64,000 bases of DNA from Desulfatiglandales bacterium (GTDB lineage: Bacteria > Desulfobacterota > DSM-4660 > Desulfatiglandales > Desulfatiglandaceae), in the NCBI GenBank assembly GCA_963666345.1, contig OY762721.1:2272001-2336000 (forward strand), given 5' to 3'. Below the pieces are notes generated by a model. That model ran no database searches, had not been told where the DNA came from, and worked only from the letters and a program-made list of their open reading frames with translations. Shown in pieces: positions 1 to 8,711 of the stretch; positions within the stretch are counted from its first letter, which is position 1, and every line of letters starts with the position of its first letter. Both the position numbers and the translations under genes were made by a program.

Positions 1-177
1 AGGCGGGCAGGTAGACTGAAGGATAAAGGCATCCTGGCCTCGAATGTTTTCTCCTATCTCAACCTGTATTTCTCCGTCGCTGAAGGTCTTGGCCGTAATC
101 TTTCCAGGCTCAATACCGAGATAGTCGCAGACTTCAATAGTCAAAGTCGGATTAGAGGTTCCACCGAACAGCTTCAT
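1..177 (-). CDS. prs: ribose-phosphate pyrophosphokinase, 5' part (runs off window)
   Basis: Manual translation of the minus strand from ATG at 177: MKLFGGTSNPTLTIEVCDYLGIEPGKITAKTFSDGEIQVEIGENIRGQDAFILQSTCPP, with the PRPP synthetase FSDGE..ENIRG motif; conserved ispE-tRNA(Gln)-prs order. Confidence 0.95.
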   Translation of the reverse strand, partial: MKLFGGTSNPTLTIEVCDYLGIEPGKITAKTFSDGEIQVEIGENIRGQDAFILQSTCPP

Positions 178-225
178 ATCAGAAAATTGTGTCCTCCTTG
201 ATCAGAAATAAGTGATCTGCGTAAT

Positions 226-300
226 TGGCTGGGGTGGGAGGATTCGAACCTCCGAATGCGGGCTCCAAAGGCCCGTGTCTTACCGCTTGACGACACCCCA
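226..300 (-). tRNA. tRNA-Gln(TTG)
   Basis: Reverse complement TGGGGTGTCGTCAAGCGGTAAGACACGGGCCTTTGGAGCCCGCATTCGGAGGTTCGAATCCTCCCACCCCAGCCA: anticodon stem CGGGC/GCCCG, loop CTTTGGA, T-loop GGTTCGAATCC, encoded CCA. Confidence 0.96.
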
Positions 301-307
301 ATAGACC

Positions 308-1168
308 CTAGCAGATACCTTGCACAACAAAAATATCCCCCAGACATTGGGGGCTGAGCTGCCTCTTGGCCTTTAAGGCGTCATCTTTTGAATTAAATAC
401 ACCGAAAACGCTTGACCCGCTGCCGGACATCAGGGCACCCTCTGCACCGGCGTTGAGTAATGATTTTTTGATCGAATCGATAGCTGAAAAACGGGCTATA
501 GTAACCCTTTCAAGATCGTTTTCGAGGTGCCTGACTACCTCAAAAGGCTCCTTTTTTAAGTAATTTATTATATAGTCATGTTTTTTTTCTGTCAACTCTA
601 ATTTTAGCCTGGCATAGACCCATGCGGTTGAAATATCGAACGGGGGTTTGACTATCAGATACCAGAATCTGGGCAGATTCTCAAAAGGGGAGAGGTCCTC
701 TCCAATGCCTTTGGCGAGGCATGGAACCCCTTTTAGGAAAAAGGGGACATCCGCACCCAGAGAAAGGGCGGTTTTTTCCATCTCCGCATCTGAAAGGGGA
801 AACCCTGACATCTCGTTAAGGGCCATGAGTGTGACTGCCGCATCACTGCTTCCACCACCCAGACCGGCCGCGACAGGTATATTCTTCAATATTTCTATGT
901 CAATGCCCTGATCAATGCCTGTATTGAAAAAAAATGCCTTGGCGGCCTTTTGAACGAGATTATCCTCGCCATCCGGTATAAAAAGCCCCTGGCATGATAA
1001 CCTTATTCCAGGTTTTTGGCTCAGAGTGAATTCAAGGTAGTCAAACAGGGCGACAGGGACCATGATGGATACCAGTTCATGGTATCCGTCAGGCCTTTTC
1101 CCTGTTATCTTGAGGAATATGTTGAGTTTGGCGGGTGCCTTGGTTTTCATAGAAAAGTGAGGGCTCAT
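308..1168 (-). CDS. ispE: 4-diphosphocytidyl-2-C-methyl-D-erythritol kinase
   Basis: APAKLNIFL..GKRPDGYHEL, GHMP loop PVAAGLGGGSSDAA, LGADVPFF, MSGSGS; start may be ATG at 1150. Confidence 0.96.
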   Translation of the reverse strand: MSPHFSMKTKAPAKLNIFLKITGKRPDGYHELVSIMVPVALFDYLEFTLSQKPGIRLSCQGLFIPDGEDNLVQKAAKAFFFNTGIDQGIDIEILKNIPVAAGLGGGSSDAAVTLMALNEMSGFPLSDAEMEKTALSLGADVPFFLKGVPCLAKGIGEDLSPFENLPRFWYLIVKPPFDISTAWVYARLKLELTEKKHDYIINYLKKEPFEVVRHLENDLERVTIARFSAIDSIKKSLLNAGAEGALMSGSGSSVFGVFNSKDDALKAKRQLSPQCLGDIFVVQGIC

Positions 1169-1198
1169 TTGAAAGAAGTGCCTTCAAAACAGGGCATA

Positions 1199-1603
1199 TT
1201 ACTCTGCCGCCTTTACATAGCGCCATCTGAGGTCGGTCAGGATGCTTTCAGTGAATTTTACTTCCTCTTCAGTAAGATTTCCCTCGGTCTTTTCCTTTAA
1301 CATGGCAATAGTATCAATGGCATGCTTGGCCATTGGAAGGTCTGTCCTCTTTTCATTCGTGGCCGGGTCGTTTATCTCCCCAAGGTTCAGAAGGGCTGAT
1401 GAACTCAGAGAGAATATCAGGGAGGAAAAATTGGCCTCGGGAAGAGGGATCTGCCTTTCGGAGGGCTCTTTTTTGCCGCTTTTCCCAGGTTTTTTGTCAC
1501 CTTTTTGCTGACCGGTTATCTGATCGCCTTCATCCTTCGGCTCGCCCTTGTCATCGAAGGACCTTTTGTCTTTAACAACAAAACCTTTTTCTTCATCGGA
1601 CAT
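1199..1603 (-). CDS. DUF1844-like protein
   Basis: SALLNLGEI.DPAT...DLPMAKHAIDTIAMLKEKTEGNLT.EE pattern; SD CAGGAG upstream; lies upstream of ispE. Confidence 0.8.
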   Translation of the reverse strand: MSDEEKGFVVKDKRSFDDKGEPKDEGDQITGQQKGDKKPGKSGKKEPSERQIPLPEANFSSLIFSLSSSALLNLGEINDPATNEKRTDLPMAKHAIDTIAMLKEKTEGNLTEEEVKFTESILTDLRWRYVKAAE

Positions 1604-1649
1604 GATAACTCTCCTGTAATTGGTGCATTAGTAAAAAAAACAGTATAGT

Positions 1650-1708
1650 GTCGGCACGGTAAAAAGTTCCCCGTCAAGGCGGGACAGTCGGTCTTTTTAT
1701 GAAGCCGT
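1650..1708. repeat. short element with imperfect terminal inverted repeats abutting the serA stop; shares end motifs with the 5305-5497 element
   Basis: TCGGCACGGTAAAAAG ... CTTTTTATGAAGCCGT imperfect IR; AAAAAGTTC, GACAGTCGG and AAGCCRT also occur at 5319-5495. Confidence 0.5.
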
Positions 1709-3288
1709 TACAGTTCAATCTTTTTTACATTGAATACATTTTCCATACCCCTGAGCTGGTCGAGTAATTCTTCGCTGGCCTGGGTGCTGGTGTTTAAAAA
1801 TATAATATTCTGTTTTTTCTCTTTTTCTTCTCCGACCTGCATTCGTTTTATGTTTATTCCGTTTTTCCCCAGGGTGGTTCCTATCTGTCCTATGGCCCCG
1901 GGCTGATCATGATTGTGTATGAGCAGATTATGGCCCTCCGGAATGGCCTCCAGATAAAAATTGTTTATTCTCAATATCCTGGGCATATTTTTCCCGAAAA
2001 TTGTGCCTGAAATGATGTTTTCGTTCTCCAGGGTCTTTACGTTTATTTTTATCAGGCTTGAAAAATTTTCCGATGTCTCGCTTTTGGATTCAATAACCTT
2101 GATGCCTCTTTCGGCCGCGATAAAAGGGGCGTTTACAAAGTTTACGTCATCCTTGAGGATCGGTGTCAAAAGACCCTTGAGCATTGCGATAGTGAGAGGT
2201 TTTACATCATACCTGGTAACCACGCCCGAGTAGGCTATTTGAACCTCCAGTATGGCGCTGTCCGCAAGCTGGGTGTGCATTGATCCCATGCGCTCCATAA
2301 GCGTGACATAGGGATGAAGGGTATTCATGAGCTCGGAACTTATGCTCGGGACATTTACCGCGTTTTTGACGGTGCCGTGAAGCAGATAGGCCACGATCTG
2401 ATTGGCCACGTCTTCCGCGACATTGTCCTGGGCCTCTGCGGTCGATGCTCCAAGGTGGGGGGTGCATATGAAATTGGACAGGGACAGCAACCTGTTTTCA
2501 ACAGGAGGTTCCTTTATGAAGACGTCAAGGGCGGCGCCTCCAATTTGACCCGATTCCAGCGCATCGTAAAGATCGTCTTCATTCACGATGCCCCCTCGGG
2601 CACAGTTTATCAACATGGCCCCTTTTTTCATCCTTTCAAAACTTTTTTTGTTGAACATGTCGGCTGTTTCATCGGTCTTGGGGGTATGGATGGTTATGAA
2701 ATCGGATCTTTCGAGCAGCTCTTCAAAGGAGACCGGCTCAAGGTCCAGTTTTTCTATGGTATCAGGCTTTATATATGGATCAAATACTATTACCTTTAGC
2801 TTAAGACCCTTTGCGCGATCAGCCACGATTCGTCCGATATGTCCCGCGCCGACAAGGCCCAATGTCTTATTGAAAAGCTCACGACCCTTGAGCTTCTTCT
2901 TTTCCCATTTACCCTTCTTGAGCGATATGGTCGCCTGAGGTATGTTCCTGCACAGGGCCATAAGCATGGCAACGGCATGCTCCGCGGTCGTGATGGTATT
3001 TCCCTCAGGGGTATTCATTACGACTATCCCCCTCTGGCTTGCTGCGGGGATATCGACATTATCGAGTCCTATTCCTGCGCGACCGATTACCTTCAGATTT
3101 TTTGCCGCCGAGATTATATCGGAAGTGACCTTTGTGGCGCTTCGAATGACAAGTCCGTCATAGGGCTCAATGATCTCTTTCAGCTCCTGAGCCGTTAAAC
3201 CTGTATTGACGTCCAGTTCAATGCCGGGTGCGTCCTGAAAGATCTTGATTCCAACATCTGATAACGGATCGCTTATTAGGACCTTCAT
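1708..3288 (-). CDS. serA: D-3-phosphoglycerate dehydrogenase (ASB and ACT domains)
   Basis: MKVLISD start after AAGGAG SD; GRAGIGLDNVD, INCARGGIV, TPHLGASTAEAQ; C-terminal ACT domain (DQPGAIGQIG). Confidence 0.96.
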   Translation of the reverse strand: MKVLISDPLSDVGIKIFQDAPGIELDVNTGLTAQELKEIIEPYDGLVIRSATKVTSDIISAAKNLKVIGRAGIGLDNVDIPAASQRGIVVMNTPEGNTITTAEHAVAMLMALCRNIPQATISLKKGKWEKKKLKGRELFNKTLGLVGAGHIGRIVADRAKGLKLKVIVFDPYIKPDTIEKLDLEPVSFEELLERSDFITIHTPKTDETADMFNKKSFERMKKGAMLINCARGGIVNEDDLYDALESGQIGGAALDVFIKEPPVENRLLSLSNFICTPHLGASTAEAQDNVAEDVANQIVAYLLHGTVKNAVNVPSISSELMNTLHPYVTLMERMGSMHTQLADSAILEVQIAYSGVVTRYDVKPLTIAMLKGLLTPILKDDVNFVNAPFIAAERGIKVIESKSETSENFSSLIKINVKTLENENIISGTIFGKNMPRILRINNFYLEAIPEGHNLLIHNHDQPGAIGQIGTTLGKNGINIKRMQVGEEKEKKQNIIFLNTSTQASEELLDQLRGMENVFNVKKIEL

Positions 3289-3369
3289 AATTTTCTCCTT
3301 ACTTTTGGTTTTCAGTTTGGTTTTAGGGAACCAAAAATTTAACTTTTTCTCCAACTCTGTTTCAGAGAA

Positions 3370-3533
3370 GGTTTCAAGGACCCGAGGAATCGAGGAGTCA
3401 AGGGAATAAAAAACAGATCTTCTTACTTATAAAAGCGAATCTTAAATCCTTAGAGAATTGTCAAACCTTAAGCTCTTTGTAATGCTGCACAGCATGTCAC
3501 TTGAACCCTCGAATCCTTGATCCCCTGGACCCT
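3370..3533 (-). mobile_element. miniature element A: inverted octamer-repeat arms enclosing a decayed four-helix-bundle gene 5' fragment
   Basis: Arm 3370-3401 GGTTTCAA GGACCCGA GGAATCGA GGAGTCAA; arm 3501-3532 TTGAACCC TCGAATCC TTGATCCC CTGGACCC; minus-strand interior ATG CTG (TG) CAG CAT TAC AAA GAG CTT AAG GTT TGA CAA = M-L-Q-H-Y-K-E-L-K-V-*-Q. Confidence 0.7.
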
Positions 3534-3621
3534 ATGGCTCCCCACCTCCCCCATTAAGTCGATCCATCTATTAAGCACAGCTAATCAACAGATAATCATA
3601 AACTCACAACAATGACAGCAA

Positions 3622-3649
3622 ATTCTATCCAACGACCGGATTTTGTCAA
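3622..3649 (-). promoter_or_regulatory. putative sigma70 promoter of serA
   Basis: Minus strand TTGACA-N16-TAGAAT. Confidence 0.55.
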
Positions 3650-3762
3650 GCTGGATCTAAAACTTATTGTCCGGTTTTCTCAGTCCCACTGCCCCTTTGC
3701 CTTTGTATTGCAGCGCCTTTTTTATTGAGATAAAATTGATAATAACCATATATTTTATAGCT

Positions 3763-3817
3763 AAACATATATTTGGCATAGTATATGTTTGACATTTATG
3801 GTTTTAATCTTTAATCT
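3763..3817 (+). promoter_or_regulatory. putative operator overlapping the sigma70 promoter of the FadL-type gene
   Basis: Perfect IR AAACATATA-N10-TATATGTTT (3763-3790) overlapping TTGACA(3789)-N17-TAATCT(3812). Confidence 0.5.
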
Positions 3818-3960
3818 TTTTTCATAAAATATCTGCCTGCCCTCATCTCCAGCTGTTCCAGCCTGAACGAGATTTCCTCTTCCGAGGGCTGTCCCCTGAA
3901 AAAATTATCGGAAGTTCTATTCGTCTTTTCATAACCGTATCCTTTAGGAGGAGGTGTCAA

Positions 3961-5217
3961 ATGAAAAAAATCTTTGCGTTATTGTGTATGGTAGGTCTGG
4001 TTTTTCTCTTAACAGCACCACTTCTTGCAGGCGGAATAGATAACAAGCACAACTTCAGCGCGGAATATATCAGGACCCTTAACAGAAACGCCGCTGTCGA
4101 TTCCGCAGACGCGGTGGTCTATAACCCGGCAGGCGTCATGCAGATGGAAAACGGTTTTTATCTCAATTTCACGGGACAGTACGCGGCAAAGGACTATTCA
4201 AATACCTTCGGCGGCATGGAGTATGACAGTGATACGCCTGATATAGTCCCGAGCCTGTTCGCCCTTTACAAGAAGGACAAATGGGCCGGTTTTGCAGCCT
4301 TTACAATCCCTGTTGGCGGGGGCGCGGTGGAGTATGAAAAGGGCTCGGCAACCACCACCGCCCTTGCTACAAGTATAATAGCAGGCTCTCTAGGTGCTTA
4401 TACATTCCCGATTCTGGGTCAGTTTATGGAGGGAGAATCATATTATTACGGCTTAACCGTGGGAGGGGCATACGCCATAAACGATATGGTGTCTGTTTCC
4501 CTGGGATTGCGTTATTCCGACGCCAACATAGAGAGAAGCGGGTATGCCAGAATTACGGGGGCTGGGCCTCCTCCAGATAGAACATTTCGAATAGACTACG
4601 AAGAGACAGGAGACGGTATTTGCGGAATAATTGGATTAAATCTGAAGTTGTCCGGCAGGTTTAATATAGGAATCAGATATGAAACCAGCACGAGCCTTAC
4701 CCTTGAAACAAAGGAAAGCATAGATGATCCGGGAATAATTGCTAACGGGTCAAAAAGGGAAAGGGATATCCCCGGCATTCTCGGCCTGGGCCTTGGCTTC
4801 CAGGTAACGCCTAAACTATATGCCACCGCCACTTATACCTTGTACCAGAACGGGGGCGCTGACTGGGATGACATAGCCATATCAGGTGGTAACGAGGCGC
4901 TTAAGAAGAACGGCTACGACATAGGACTTGCCTTTGAGTATGCCTTTAGACCCACTTTGAGGGGTAGTTTCGGGGTACTGTATACTGAGACAGGTATAGA
5001 GCCTGATAACATGAGCAAAGAGGCACCCGAGCTTGACGCGGTAACCGTTGCGGGCGGTATCGCCTACGACGTAAGCCAAAGGATGACCTTAAATTTCGGT
5101 GTGCTCAAGACCTTTTACCAGGATGAGACCACAACGATCGCTCCTCTTATCCCGACTCCGGTAAAACTGGAAAAAGACGTGATGATTCTGTCGGCTGGGA
5201 TACAGTACAGGTTCTAG
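3961..5217 (+). CDS. OmpP1/FadL/TodX-family outer-membrane transporter
   Basis: Signal peptide; RNAAVDSADAVVYNPAG N-terminal motif; beta-strand pattern; C-terminal YRF; strong SD GGAGGAGGT. Confidence 0.88.
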   Translation: MKKIFALLCMVGLVFLLTAPLLAGGIDNKHNFSAEYIRTLNRNAAVDSADAVVYNPAGVMQMENGFYLNFTGQYAAKDYSNTFGGMEYDSDTPDIVPSLFALYKKDKWAGFAAFTIPVGGGAVEYEKGSATTTALATSIIAGSLGAYTFPILGQFMEGESYYYGLTVGGAYAINDMVSVSLGLRYSDANIERSGYARITGAGPPPDRTFRIDYEETGDGICGIIGLNLKLSGRFNIGIRYETSTSLTLETKESIDDPGIIANGSKRERDIPGILGLGLGFQVTPKLYATATYTLYQNGGADWDDIAISGGNEALKKNGYDIGLAFEYAFRPTLRGSFGVLYTETGIEPDNMSKEAPELDAVTVAGGIAYDVSQRMTLNFGVLKTFYQDETTTIAPLIPTPVKLEKDVMILSAGIQYRF

Positions 5218-5246
5218 TAACTTAAATCATTTGTTAAGCACGATAT

Positions 5247-5282
5247 GAAAGGGGCCCTTATTTGGGGCCCCTTTCTTGATTA
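5247..5282 (+). terminator. rho-independent terminator
   Basis: GAAAGGGGCCC-N7-GGGCCCCTTTC followed by TTGATT. Confidence 0.8.
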
Positions 5283-5304
5283 ATTTGTAAGGAGTTATAA
5301 AATT

Positions 5305-5497
5305 CAGGCCGCCAAACCAAAAAGTTCTCCCGGGGAGAAGGCTGGCAATTCTTGAGGAATGAGGCGTAGTTTTGAAGTACGTCGCAATGATTCACCCTGC
5401 TCAATCGACTAGGCCGTCTCGCGCAGCGAGAATTGAACAGGGCGAGGATACAGCATAATCCCGCCCCCGATGCGTGACAGTCGGGCTTAAGCCATCA
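5305..5497. repeat. composite hairpin-rich intergenic element (nested MITE/REP-like)
   Basis: Stacked IRs: TTCTCC/GGAGAA, GGCGTA/TACGTC, CCCTGCTCAAT/ATTGAACAGGG enclosing TCTCGC-GCA-GCGAGA, CCCGA/TCGGG; ends shared with 1650-1708. Confidence 0.5.
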
Positions 5498-5520
5498 AGA
5501 ATGCTCAATAGATGGCACAA

Positions 5521-5553
5521 ATAGAAAAGGGCCTTAAAAAGACCCTTTTCTAT
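5521..5553. terminator. terminator-like hairpin for the minus-strand FG-GAP gene (possibly bidirectional)
   Basis: ATAGAAAAGGG-N11-CCCTTTTCTAT perfect 11-bp IR. Confidence 0.65.
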
Positions 5554-5593
5554 TTGTCCTTATCTCTTTCAGACAGCCTTCTGCCTGCACTTT

Positions 5594-7231
5594 TTATTCA
5601 AACCATAATATGCGGCCCGATCCCTCACCTATGTTGTCGAATTTGGGGTTTGTTGCGGCAAGAAATATGGTCTTTCCCCTTGCCTGAATGTCGGTAATAC
5701 AGTAGGGAAGCTCCCTTGTCTTCCAGGCCGGTGTCATGTTCGTGCCCTCTGACTTAAATGCCGTGAGAGTGGACTTGCTATGAAATACCATTCCTCCCAG
5801 CACTTCTGAAAGGGGTATGTTGTCCACCGCCAGCACATCCGCCTTTTCATCGCCGTCGATGTCGGTGATTACCACCCCGCTGTCAAAGGCTATCCTGGGC
5901 TGGGCATCACCGGGGCCTTCGGGCTGACCCAGACGGATCGCGTTGTTGGTCCCACCCATTTTGATACCGCCCTTCCAGAGGACGTTTCCCTCCGCGTCCC
6001 AGACATATAGCCTCGAACCCTTGCCGAGGCCGATCCATTCATACACGCCGTCCTTGTCGAGGTCGGCCCGGTTGAGGGTGTAAAAAATGGCCCTTTTAAG
6101 TTCCGGAAGCTCCTTTGCCTTGGAAAGGCCCCCTTTTACGTCGAATTCCATCTCAAAGATGGGACCTGTGAGGAAATTGTCCACCTTCGAGTTCTGGTAG
6201 ATAAGCAAAGCGGAGCCTGATTTGCCCGACTTGATGGCTCTTAGGTGTCCCGCCTTATCAGTGAGCTTTTTGAATTTGCCTCTCCACTCATAGACGGTAG
6301 TATTGGCCCTGAGCCCGTAACGGGCCACGATAAAGATCTCGGCTCTTCCGCTGCCGTTGGTATCTCCCGCGCTTACCTTGAGGAAATCTTCACCCACGGA
6401 GGATGAAAGGCTGTCTTTTATGGCATAGGTCATGCCGCTTTTTGAATATATGAGCAGTTTCTTCCTTGAGCAGACAAGAAGCTCGTCTTTTCCGTCCCCG
6501 TCAAGGTCTGCCGCGTCAAAGGCAAGGGGGGAGATGTTGACGGGAACGCTTCCTGTCGGTTTGAATCCCTGGTATTCCTGGTATGCCTGATAAAAAAGCC
6601 CCTTTTCCGTGGTAGCGGCACCTGAAAACTCACTTCTGAAGGGAGAAAAAAGTCCTTTTGCGTTCTGAGGAAGATCGGGCCCCTGCGGCGCGCGCGCGGC
6701 GTACGCAGTGGGGGCCGGAAGAGGTCTTCCCTCGATAACGGCCCGCACCTGATAGGCCACATCGGCAAGCTTGGGTATGAAGCTGTTTTCGTCTCCCGCC
6801 TGGGAAAGCCTTTCAACGGGCGCGCCCTCCTTAGTAAGATCAAGCACCGCAAGATCAAGGCTGTATCCCGTGCCCGCAGCCGTAATGCTTCCGAATACCG
6901 CGTAGTCCGCGGCAAGCCTTTCGCATGCCTTTACCGCCTTATCCTTGGAATCTATGACCTCATCCCCTGTGACGGACAGGACCTCTTTTTCCGCGATTAT
7001 ATCAAGACCCCCGCCTGAAAGCCTTGAACTCAGCATGCTCTTGACTCCCTGTTGCAGGTAATCAAGCGGCTTGCCTGAATAGATGGCAAGGGGAAAAAGC
7101 GCGAGCCTTTTATCGGCAGCCCGGGCATTATCCGTAACAGTGCCCAGGGTCAGAAGAAAGGCGAAGGCCGTAAAAATGAAGATCTTTGCGAAACTAATCG
7201 TTTTTTTAAAAAAGGGGGTGGTCATAATCAT
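5594..7231 (-). CDS. exported FG-GAP/VCBS-repeat protein with an N-terminal TolB-N/CsgG-like domain
   Basis: Signal peptide; N-domain RLALFPL...LAADYAVFGSIT; DLDGDGKDEL, DTNGSGRAEI, DLDKDGVYEW, DIDGDEKADV repeats. Confidence 0.75.
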   Translation of the reverse strand: MIMTTPFFKKTISFAKIFIFTAFAFLLTLGTVTDNARAADKRLALFPLAIYSGKPLDYLQQGVKSMLSSRLSGGGLDIIAEKEVLSVTGDEVIDSKDKAVKACERLAADYAVFGSITAAGTGYSLDLAVLDLTKEGAPVERLSQAGDENSFIPKLADVAYQVRAVIEGRPLPAPTAYAARAPQGPDLPQNAKGLFSPFRSEFSGAATTEKGLFYQAYQEYQGFKPTGSVPVNISPLAFDAADLDGDGKDELLVCSRKKLLIYSKSGMTYAIKDSLSSSVGEDFLKVSAGDTNGSGRAEIFIVARYGLRANTTVYEWRGKFKKLTDKAGHLRAIKSGKSGSALLIYQNSKVDNFLTGPIFEMEFDVKGGLSKAKELPELKRAIFYTLNRADLDKDGVYEWIGLGKGSRLYVWDAEGNVLWKGGIKMGGTNNAIRLGQPEGPGDAQPRIAFDSGVVITDIDGDEKADVLAVDNIPLSEVLGGMVFHSKSTLTAFKSEGTNMTPAWKTRELPYCITDIQARGKTIFLAATNPKFDNIGEGSGRILWFE

Positions 7232-7345
7232 AGTCTCTTTTGTAAGGTTTATTACTGAAATAAGGCACGTCTATAAAAAAATGAACACAACAGTAACAGT
7301 ATCTTGCCTCAGTGTAAATCCGGTTTAAACTTTTTACAAGCCCTT

Positions 7346-7377
7346 TAAAAAAGAACCCGGGGCCATAGGCCCCGGGT
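7346..7377 (-). terminator. rho-independent terminator of the porin gene
   Basis: ACCCGGGGCC-ATA-GGCCCCGGGT followed on the minus strand by a T-tract. Confidence 0.85.
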
Positions 7378-7411
7378 CCATTTAATGATCAGACACTAAA
7401 TCCGGCAGGAT

Positions 7412-8545
7412 TTAGAAGTTGATCTGCCACTTTGCGCCAAAGTAGGTCAATTTACCCTGGTCTGCATCTACGCCGCCGACGGTGATGTCTTTGTCGTCAA
7501 CAACGCCGATTTCAGGAACGATGAAGCAGCCCTTTGCAAGGTTGATGGTGGCATTCAGATAGTAGGAAACGGTGGTATCGTCATTCTTCAGGACTGTGTC
7601 CAGCTCTGAGTTGGCATAACCGTAGCCGGCTTCGAATGTCAGCATGTCGTTTACCTTGAATCCTGCGACCAGGTTGAATCCCCAGTCATCAACGTCATTT
7701 TCCGCCCACAGGCCGGTTGTTGCATTGTAGAGCCTTACAGGAGCCCAGGCAGGATCATGCAGCCAGCCGTAGGCCGCAAAGTTCTGACCGAAGTTGATGG
7801 AACCGTTAAGAAAGATAGGACCGAATGTGGTCTTGGCAGTCGCACCGTAGACATAGGAGTCAATGCTGGTAGATGCCAGGTTGGCGGTAGCAGTGTTGAC
7901 TTCCTGGTCATAGGAGTGGTATCCGCCGAACACGGTCATTTTCACGGGACCGAACGCGAAAGCGTAGGATGCCTCGATGAGCGGGATGCTGTTGTCAGTA
8001 TCGGCAACAGTACCGGCAACCCATGTCGCGGCTGGATCTGCGGCATAACCGGGGGTATTCGGCTCTACCAGGGCGATCTTGAGTCCGCCCATGTGAAGGG
8101 CGATCTGTGCCTGACGAACGCGGCCTGAGGCGGCACCATAGAACAGCAGGTCGTTGTCACCGGCGAACACCTGGTTTGAAATCAGGTTAAAGCCGGGGGT
8201 GTAGGCCTTACCAATGAGAAGCTTGCCCGGGCCGAAGTTCCATGTTCCGTAAAGGAGCCTTACCCTTGCGGCTTCATGGGCACCCGTTGTCTGGTTTGTT
8301 ACGCCATACTCGAAACGGCCGTAGATGTCGCCGGCCTTTACATTTGCGCCGACCCTTGAGTTTCCCTGAAGATCCCATGTGGTAAGTCCGCTATCGTCCA
8401 GTACGGCACCTGGGTTGTCTGTGTCAGTCCAGAATGTGCTCATCCTGGCGCTTCCGTAGAAGTTCCATTCGGCAGCTGCCATTGCCGGCACTGAAAAGGC
8501 AACAACAAATGCTACTGCTGCAAGAATTGTAAACAGCTTTTTCAT
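7412..8545 (-). CDS. outer-membrane porin (beta-barrel)
   Basis: Signal peptide ending AMA; W-N-F-YGSARM start; alternating strands; C-terminal WQINF; AGGAGG SD; own terminator. Confidence 0.85.
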   Translation of the reverse strand: MKKLFTILAAVAFVVAFSVPAMAAAEWNFYGSARMSTFWTDTDNPGAVLDDSGLTTWDLQGNSRVGANVKAGDIYGRFEYGVTNQTTGAHEAARVRLLYGTWNFGPGKLLIGKAYTPGFNLISNQVFAGDNDLLFYGAASGRVRQAQIALHMGGLKIALVEPNTPGYAADPAATWVAGTVADTDNSIPLIEASYAFAFGPVKMTVFGGYHSYDQEVNTATANLASTSIDSYVYGATAKTTFGPIFLNGSINFGQNFAAYGWLHDPAWAPVRLYNATTGLWAENDVDDWGFNLVAGFKVNDMLTFEAGYGYANSELDTVLKNDDTTVSYYLNATINLAKGCFIVPEIGVVDDKDITVGGVDADQGKLTYFGAKWQINF

Positions 8546-8711
8546 TACTCTTTCCTCCTAAATGGTTTACGTTTAGTCAAATTAGTCAAAATACTCTTAA
8601 ATAAATGAAACTACTCGAATCCACCTCCTTTCACTTTTTATTGATCCGACTTAAAGACTTCTTCGAATCACAAATGCGAATACCATTGCACAATCAAAAA
8701 GTCAAGTGTTT

